A stretch of DNA of 64,000 nt, from sequence record OQ992561.1; one strand, given 5' to 3'. Of this stretch, positions 56,915 to 64,000 are shown piece by piece. Both the position numbers and the translations under genes were made by a program. The notes under the pieces were generated by a model. It was given only the letters and a program-made list of their open reading frames with translations. It was not told the origin of the DNA and did not search any database. Position 1 is the stretch's first letter, and every line of letters starts with the position of its first letter.

Positions 56915-57290
56915 ACCGACTGACTTTGTACTGTGGTGTATCAATAGACTTCTAGCAGCATATGTAGAATACTTTAACCACTGGCAGAGATTAGATTGGC
57001 CTACCTTTTTAGAGCAATGGTTAGAAGATTACTTAAGCGATACCTATATAGAACCAGATAGACCGATGAGCATGATGGTATTTGATCATCAGGGAAATCC
57101 TAATACTATCAATTGGCACTTAAGATCTGCTGAGATTATCGAAAGGGTATTGGATTTATTTGGAACTGATTTCTTAGAGATAATCCAAAAACAAGTTATT
57201 CAAGCAGGTAATCTTATTACTAGTCTTAAATGTATAGAAGTAGATAAATATAAGATGGTAACTAAATTAGTTATGAGGTCTCAAACATGA
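56856..57290 (+). CDS. Hypothetical protein, 144 aa
   Basis: GGAG SD; 59-nt overlap. Confidence 0.8.
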   Translation: MQLLLILKPRSFTEELGVDEPTDFVLWCINRLLAAYVEYFNHWQRLDWPTFLEQWLEDYLSDTYIEPDRPMSMMVFDHQGNPNTINWHLRSAEIIERVLDLFGTDFLEIIQKQVIQAGNLITSLKCIEVDKYKMVTKLVMRSQT

Positions 57291-57823
57291 TGCATCCACT
57301 TCTTTATAGACAACAAGAAATGCAGCGGATAAATGATGCTAATAACATAACTCCAGGCCAACAAGGAATGACGAGTTTCGTAGTTATTAACATCAGTGAT
57401 ATCTGGCCCATTGTTAATAAAATGGCTGATGTAGTTGTCAATAAGTCTTACAATACTCCTTACCCATATACTGAACACCAATCTATAGAACAGTTATGGT
57501 ATCAGGCGATTAATGCATATATTGAATTTCTAGCACAACAGCCTACTCAACCAATTATAGGGGTTGACTATTATTTACAAGAATACTTTCCATCAGTAGC
57601 GCCTGTGATTATGCAAGATAAATATGCATTGAGTATTCTTAATATGTGGTTTGCAGCTGTGTGTAAAACACTGGCTAGTAAACTACAATCTGAAATAGCG
57701 TATCTTTATCAGAATGGATATGGTGTAGAAAGAATCCAATCAATAGCAGTTGATCAACATAATCAAGGTTATATTCTAGAAGGTGAAGACTTTGGTATGG
57801 ACTGCTACAATGATGTGGATTAA
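57287..57823 (+). CDS. Hypothetical protein, 178 aa
   Basis: ATGA coupling. Confidence 0.85.
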   Translation: MMHPLLYRQQEMQRINDANNITPGQQGMTSFVVINISDIWPIVNKMADVVVNKSYNTPYPYTEHQSIEQLWYQAINAYIEFLAQQPTQPIIGVDYYLQEYFPSVAPVIMQDKYALSILNMWFAAVCKTLASKLQSEIAYLYQNGYGVERIQSIAVDQHNQGYILEGEDFGMDCYNDVD

Positions 57824-57895
57824 GTGACACATATTAACAATTGACGTAAATAGGAAAGCCTATCGGTTCACATAGGCTTCCTACTAGGAACCGAT

Positions 57896-58279
57896 ATGGA
57901 AAAACGAGTATTTATCGTATTTAAATCTAAAGAGTCAGAAATATATTCGCAACATTTGCTTCGTGAATATACAAAACGAATGATATATCCAGATTGTCCA
58001 ACACCACTTGATTTATTTGAAGAATCACGTAAGTTAAGTTATATGGATACGCTTAATAATGACATATATATCCATATGCTGATGTATGGACATGACTCAT
58101 TTGATGATCCTGACGAAGATATTGAGTTAGAGAATTATTCTACTAAAGGATATGTTATTGAATATTGTACCGACTTTATCAATAGCTTTAAAGAAAAATA
58201 TCCAAATGGACATGTATTAATTACAGTGCCAATGGATACAAAAGGTCTGTTTGGTGTAGTTGTATTACTAGATGAGTAA
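57896..58279 (+). CDS. Hypothetical protein, 127 aa
   Basis: AGGA SD. Confidence 0.8.
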   Translation: MEKRVFIVFKSKESEIYSQHLLREYTKRMIYPDCPTPLDLFEESRKLSYMDTLNNDIYIHMLMYGHDSFDDPDEDIELENYSTKGYVIEYCTDFINSFKEKYPNGHVLITVPMDTKGLFGVVVLLDE

Positions 58280-58304
58280 TACCCTATGTAACCAACTATT
58301 TTAG

Positions 58305-58730
<426 letters not shown>

Positions 58731-58930
58731 CTATAAAGGAGCCATTATGGCTCCTTTTATGTTGTATTATTTTTACTTGCTTACATCATCTAATGTGAAT
58801 GTAAGTTGATGTGCTACCTCTCAATTTAGGGTGCCCGTATAGGGTACCCATTCTTTCCTTTTCTTTTTTAGTTAAAGAGAGAGAAATCATTCACTATAAT
58901 TAAAAATAAGTATACTGAGAGATATGTGAA

Positions 58931-61126
58931 ATGACCGCATTTGCCCAACCAAATCCGTTTTTAAAAGATGTCAATGATTACCATCGTGATATTGATATCA
59001 TTAATGCATGTCTTGATGATAATGCCAAATATCTTCAATTAATGACAAAAGATGAATTAAATATTAGTTTAGAAGAATGTAAAGAATTTGTTAAAGAACA
59101 ATTACGTCAAAATGGCGAATATGCACTTCGTAATCCATTAGCAACTATTCTAGATAAAAATAAGTTTGGTGATAGGGAATTAAAGACGGTTTCATTTATG
59201 GCTTTTCTTAACCGTGTTAAGAAACAGAATCTATTATTATCTCCATCAATGACCGCATATTTACCAGAGTCTGTTAGACAGTCTACGCACTCCATCTATA
59301 TTGCCGAAGGTGTGAAAAACCGTAAGCGTGTTAAAGGTGAACAGATGCAGGCTGAACGTGAAGCAGCTGCTTTCCTACAGGCCGGCGATAAAGAGAATTC
59401 ACAAATTAAAACAGAACTTGCACAAGTACGTAAAGGCGAGCAAGAAAACTTCAAAATTAACAATAACTCATATTCAGGCGGTACTGTATCTGCTGCCACT
59501 ATTCTTTATTATAAGTCCACACACTCTAGTTTAACATCTACCTGTAGAACTGGTACCTCTTATGCTAACTCAAATAATGAAAAATTCATTATGGGTAATA
59601 GGCATTATTATACTCCAGAAATCACAAAAGCTAATTTAGTAAACACTATTAATGTAGCTGATATGGAGTTAATTCAAAAAGCAGTAACTAATTTTAATCT
59701 ACATTGCCCAACGCCAGAAGAAGTAGTTGATATGGTTCTTTATTCAACTAAACACTATTGGCAAAATAAGTACTACACGGCGCAGATTTTAAAACTAGCT
59801 ACTGGGATGACACCAGTCGAACGAGCAGCAGTTATGTACGTAGGTGATCTATATCACTTATATAAATACAATAAAGAATTAATCAAGAGCTTTCTAATTA
59901 AATTAAGCCAGGTTGGAACAAAAGAACAAATCATCACTGAAGAAGAATATTCAACTTATGATGGTGATATGGATCTATTGGCTAGCTTTATTTGCTTTGA
60001 TACTGTTAAAGGTCGATCTAAAGCTAAACTAAAAGAGTCAGATCCAGATACATTAAACCAAGTTTATGCCACTGGTCGAAATATCGCTGAAACTCTTAAT
60101 GAATATCGTCTATTGATTGAAGCTTTCTTCTTGACTAAATGTGTACCATCAAGCATTCATGCTTTTCCAACTGTGTATAGACGAGCTGCTGTTATTTCAG
60201 ATACTGACTCCACTATGTTTACATTACAATGGTGGGTTGAGGAATTCTTTGGTAAAGTAACTTTTAGCAATGAAGCTAAGCGACTAGTATTCGCACTAGT
60301 GTTTCTAGTGTCTGAAGTAGTTATGCATATCTTGGCGATTCAATCCGCTAATATGGGTGTATCTAAAGATAAGCTTCGTCTATTTGCAATGAAGAACGAA
60401 TATTATTTCGCAGTACTGGCCTTAACTACTCGTTCTAAACATTACTTTGCATCACAGGATGCCCAAGAAGGGGTAATGTTTAATGAGTCACGAATGGAGA
60501 TCAAGGGTGTAGGACTAAGGGATAGTAAAGTACCTAAGAAGATTAATAGTCGTGCTAAAACACTCATGGAAGATATCATTAAAACTGTAAAGACTGAAGA
60601 GAAAATCGACTTGGCTTCAATTCTAAAAGAAGTTGGTGATATCGAAAGAGAAATTATTGAGTCTGTTAGAAGTGGTAAAGCTGAGTATCTGACAAGTGGT
60701 CAAACTAAACGACCTGAGTCTTATAAATCTGAAGATAACTCAACCCATAAAAAGGGATTAGTGTGGAAGACTGTATTTGCTCCATCATTTGGTGACGCTG
60801 GTGATCCACCTTATTCACATGTAAAGATCTCAGTTACTCTTAATAATAAAACTGCGATCAAAGAATGGATTGATGGTATCGAAGATAAGAAATTAGCTGC
60901 TCGTATTCAAGCATGGGTTACTGAAGAAAATAAAACCAGTATTGGTGATTTCCATATCCCGAGTACAGTAGTAGAAACTGGTCGTATTCCAGAAGTTATT
61001 ACGCGTGTTGCTGACGTTAGAACTATCATTGGAAACACTATGGGTGTATTCTATCTAACCTTAGAGTCCCTAGGTATTTTCCTTATTGATAAAAATAACG
61101 ATCGACTCATCTCTGACTTCTATTAA
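58931..61126 (+). CDS. polB: B-family DNA polymerase, polymerase-domain subunit (phiKZ gp50-like, split polymerase)
   Basis: Q..FK...NSYSG (motif B), ISDTDS (motif C), KNEY, KHY, KGV; no exonuclease motifs recognised. Confidence 0.88.
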   Translation: MTAFAQPNPFLKDVNDYHRDIDIINACLDDNAKYLQLMTKDELNISLEECKEFVKEQLRQNGEYALRNPLATILDKNKFGDRELKTVSFMAFLNRVKKQNLLLSPSMTAYLPESVRQSTHSIYIAEGVKNRKRVKGEQMQAEREAAAFLQAGDKENSQIKTELAQVRKGEQENFKINNNSYSGGTVSAATILYYKSTHSSLTSTCRTGTSYANSNNEKFIMGNRHYYTPEITKANLVNTINVADMELIQKAVTNFNLHCPTPEEVVDMVLYSTKHYWQNKYYTAQILKLATGMTPVERAAVMYVGDLYHLYKYNKELIKSFLIKLSQVGTKEQIITEEEYSTYDGDMDLLASFICFDTVKGRSKAKLKESDPDTLNQVYATGRNIAETLNEYRLLIEAFFLTKCVPSSIHAFPTVYRRAAVISDTDSTMFTLQWWVEEFFGKVTFSNEAKRLVFALVFLVSEVVMHILAIQSANMGVSKDKLRLFAMKNEYYFAVLALTTRSKHYFASQDAQEGVMFNESRMEIKGVGLRDSKVPKKINSRAKTLMEDIIKTVKTEEKIDLASILKEVGDIEREIIESVRSGKAEYLTSGQTKRPESYKSEDNSTHKKGLVWKTVFAPSFGDAGDPPYSHVKISVTLNNKTAIKEWIDGIEDKKLAARIQAWVTEENKTSIGDFHIPSTVVETGRIPEVITRVADVRTIIGNTMGVFYLTLESLGIFLIDKNNDRLISDFY

Positions 61127-61224
61127 GAAATATAGCCTCCCCTAGTGGGAGGCTTATATACTAAAAAATAATTAAGATTTATATAGTCTGATTGCCAATT
61201 ACTAACTTAATATGGTTCAATATA

Positions 61225-61401
61225 ATGACAAATCATACCGAATTTAATTTTGACTTAGATCGGATGAAGAAGGCAATTAACAGTGGTACTATCACATTAC
61301 CAACCGCTCCACCTGGGTTAACTCGTGAAGAAAAACGAGCATTTATCCGAAGTTATATTAAAGACAAATTAAAAGAGGTAACTAATGATGAAAGAGAATA
61401 A
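61225..61401 (+). CDS. Small hypothetical protein (MTNHTEFNFDLDRMKKAI...)
   Basis: Behind an early-type promoter at about 61153-61177. Confidence 0.65.
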   Translation: MTNHTEFNFDLDRMKKAINSGTITLPTAPPGLTREEKRAFIRSYIKDKLKEVTNDERE

Positions 61402-62107
61402 AGAAGTCCGCGTAATTACCTGGAATGATTATAGTAAATTAGTAAATGATAATCGTATTAGGATCCATGGATTAGCACCTGATGATTCCACCAAAGCAAC
61501 AGCCTATGTTCTTTTGGATGACGGTAGTGAAGAATTAGTATATGTAACTTATACCAACGAATTAAAAGAAGTTGATGTTACTACTGAAACAACTGCAATT
61601 ACTAGTGATAAAAGTTCACTAGATGATGTTCAACCAATTGGTTTAATTACCTCTAGTAACGAACCACCAAAGTTAATGAGTCTAAATGACTATATTGATG
61701 AATTCAATTGGCACTCAAGTGCTGACAACGATTACAATAATGTCTCACTTGAATTAATGTTAAATACCCATCATACAACTCTTTGGGAATGTGATAATAT
61801 CCTGGTAAAAGACGTAACTATTAAACAAGCTCTTAAAGAAGGTGTTGATAAACAACTTATTAATACCGATAGTTCATTTGATGAACTAGTTACTCATCTA
61901 AGATTGACTGCTAAAGCTATTATGGACCCATTAGATGAAATGGATAATGGAGTTAAAAGCAGTGACCAAGCTGTAGTTGATCAATTACTAAATCATGACC
62001 GCAAGCCAGGTAAGTTTAGTAATAAAATGCTATTACCAGCTATCCCAGGAATTAACCGAGCTGAACGTAGAAAATTACTTTCTAAAATGAAGAAAGGTAA
62101 TTTCTAA
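61385..62107 (+). CDS. Hypothetical protein, 240 aa
   Basis: GAGGT SD; convergent terminator at 62121-62146. Confidence 0.85.
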   Translation: MMKENKEVRVITWNDYSKLVNDNRIRIHGLAPDDSTKATAYVLLDDGSEELVYVTYTNELKEVDVTTETTAITSDKSSLDDVQPIGLITSSNEPPKLMSLNDYIDEFNWHSSADNDYNNVSLELMLNTHHTTLWECDNILVKDVTIKQALKEGVDKQLINTDSSFDELVTHLRLTAKAIMDPLDEMDNGVKSSDQAVVDQLLNHDRKPGKFSNKMLLPAIPGINRAERRKLLSKMKKGNF

Positions 62108-62150
62108 TAAAACGGCATATAACCCCCTCCAATTTAGGAGGGGGTTTATG

Positions 62151-63242
62151 TCACATTTCTTTTCTTTTAAGTGCATCTATCATCCAATCAACTTGTGCCT
62201 GTTGAGCTTTTACAAACTCACTATTTGCTTGTTGCTTAAATGCTTGATCATTAGATGCTTCTATAAGATCAATTAATACAGTGTTAACAGAAGATTGATC
62301 ATAACCAGTATTCTTTAAAAGCTGCCCTACAAGATACTTAATGAAGGGTGTGCGAGCCAATACATAAGCCCATTCATTATTCCTGTTAATAGGTTCTCGT
62401 GGGAGCCGCATCATATCGAACAAATTAGATTGTACGATAGCTGGTGTTATCCATGATAAACCTTCCATGTCTACACCTTTTAATATGGATTCTCTATTGA
62501 TAGTTGTACATAGTTTATCAATACGTGGATTCATATCAGTGATGTAAAATGGATGCGGTATAGGGAATGTTGGATTTTTAATATCTAAAGCATTCCTTGC
62601 TAACCTATTAAAGAAAGAAATATCTAAATAAGAGTCAACCATATTTGGCAATACAAATGATCCTATAAACCTATAAGTGTCTTCTACTTCATCAGGATTC
62701 TTCTCAACTTGCCATCGATACCAGTAACGGTACATCACAAGAAGCATTGGTATATTTACTAGAGTTACACCATAGCCTCTACCCTGTGTGGTATTGTTCA
62801 TGATAGGTAAATTAGTATCAGTACGTGTATGATACAGATACGTAACAGGGGAAAGTTTATACCATGTTTTATTTAGATCTTTTAGATCAAAGCTCTCTGA
62901 TGTGGATACTAGAACCTCTTCAGTTTGAGGACCAAGTGTAACACCACCTACATGAACCTTACCTTTATTTAAAGATGATGTAATACCAAATGAACGAATA
63001 ATAGCACGTGAACGATCGTCCACGTTCTTTATAAAAGTAGCATCATCACTTAGTAACTCTACGTTAAAATGTCGAATCATTTGTGCTAATATGTTTTTAG
63101 ATTCAACATACTTCGGTGCCCGTCTATAATAACTTTTAACGTCCCTAATTTGCTCAGCGTAGATTCGTCGGATATAATGGATGTTAGGATCAACCACCTG
63201 CCCCAATTTACGTGACGGAGCATTCTTAAATAAATTATACAT
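62151..63242 (-). CDS. Conserved virion-associated protein (gp52-like)
   Basis: 363 aa, synteny. Confidence 0.7.
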   Translation of the reverse strand: MYNLFKNAPSRKLGQVVDPNIHYIRRIYAEQIRDVKSYYRRAPKYVESKNILAQMIRHFNVELLSDDATFIKNVDDRSRAIIRSFGITSSLNKGKVHVGGVTLGPQTEEVLVSTSESFDLKDLNKTWYKLSPVTYLYHTRTDTNLPIMNNTTQGRGYGVTLVNIPMLLVMYRYWYRWQVEKNPDEVEDTYRFIGSFVLPNMVDSYLDISFFNRLARNALDIKNPTFPIPHPFYITDMNPRIDKLCTTINRESILKGVDMEGLSWITPAIVQSNLFDMMRLPREPINRNNEWAYVLARTPFIKYLVGQLLKNTGYDQSSVNTVLIDLIEASNDQAFKQQANSEFVKAQQAQVDWMIDALKRKEM

Positions 63243-63323
63243 GGTTATTATCCGATTAAAAATTAATTGAGATCTATATCATAGTTTGGTAACAACAGTA
63301 GTAATTACAAATAGGAATATACA

Positions 63324-63689
63324 ATGGCTAAAAATAATGTTGAAGATCCGCCACTATATTTAGGTAATAACAAAGATCTTACTGTATACATGACTAGCAA
63401 AGAAATTGTAGTAAACTTTTTCAATGTCGAGCGTAGGATTAAGATAGATCCTAATGATCCCAATCCATTAGCAACTGCTACTAAACTCCATGAGGAATTA
63501 ATAAAGGTATTAGTCGCATATCGATTTGGTAGTGTAGTTAAAGTAAATGAAACATCTGCTTCGGCACATTCACCATTTATTGCTAAATTTGATACAACTG
63601 ATAATAATAAAGTTGATCCAGTTAGTAAACTATACAAACTGTACCATTCTCTTTTTGGAACAGTTCGTAAGTATATGCGAAGTAAATGA
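63324..63689 (+). CDS. Hypothetical protein, 121 aa (gp53 position)
   Basis: AGGA SD; early-type promoter at about 63258-63282. Confidence 0.8.
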   Translation: MAKNNVEDPPLYLGNNKDLTVYMTSKEIVVNFFNVERRIKIDPNDPNPLATATKLHEELIKVLVAYRFGSVVKVNETSASAHSPFIAKFDTTDNNKVDPVSKLYKLYHSLFGTVRKYMRSK

Positions 63690-63904
63690 TAACTGCATTT
63701 TATAAAAATACTGATAGTTATTATTTAATACAGGACTGACGTAAATTAGTTTCTGGATTCAAACTTTATACCCATAAACTCAAAAAAGAAGATATGGAAA
63801 TTGTAAGATGAAAAATAAATAATACTCAGATTGTAATAATATGTAGTGAACATAGTGTTCGTTACGATCTGCTGATAGCAGATTATAGCGTCTATGTTGT
63901 AATG

Positions 63905-64000
63905 AAAAAAATTTGAGATTTATATTACTAAATTGAATCTAGTATACTAAGTACTTAGGTTCTTCTTGATCAAGAAACCATAATCGTAAAGGTATTTAAA
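63905..64000 (+). promoter_or_regulatory. Early promoter, leader and RBS of the next gene (by synteny the chimallin/PhuN shell gene, outside the window)
   Basis: TATATTAC at 63921-63928; palindromic leader; AAGG SD at the window end. Confidence 0.6.

Overview
A 64 kb segment of an AT-rich, nucleus-forming Pseudomonas jumbo phage very close to phiKZ (Phikzvirus, Chimalliviridae). The identification rests on my recall of phiKZ protein sequences (PhuZ, Dip, sheath, tube, terminase, DNA polymerase) and on gene order, not on a database search. All phiKZ gp numbers below are synteny inferences. The window crosses the conventional phiKZ numbering origin at about 20.2-20.5 kb. Left part (roughly gp287-gp306): a small operon with an HslV/proteasome-beta-like Ntn hydrolase and a TYW3-like protein, a paralogous FN3/lectin-like/kelch virion cassette, six tRNAs (Thr, Asn, Asp, Ile2-CAU, Pro, Leu), the gp303-like head protein, a glycine-zipper membrane protein, and nrdB/nrdA. 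Right part (roughly gp1-gp53): DHFR, a block of early genes including the gp14-like ribosome-binding protein, terminase, structural genes, sheath and tube, Dip, PhuZ, a CX5R phosphatase, an operon of apparently paralogous small proteins, and the B-family DNA polymerase subunit. The window ends at an early promoter and RBS where the chimallin gene is expected to start. The best leads are: (1) the Thr-nucleophile protease-like gene; (2) a structured ncRNA candidate with anti-Shine-Dalgarno-like loops behind gp303, plus similar TATG-initiated hairpin elements; (3) gp303 as a cleavable polyprotein with a KTSC-like module; (4) the tight coupling of GC hairpins to a TATG motif; (5) the overlapping paralog array upstream of the polymerase. 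I saw no CRISPR array, transposase, intron, intein or HNH endonuclease.
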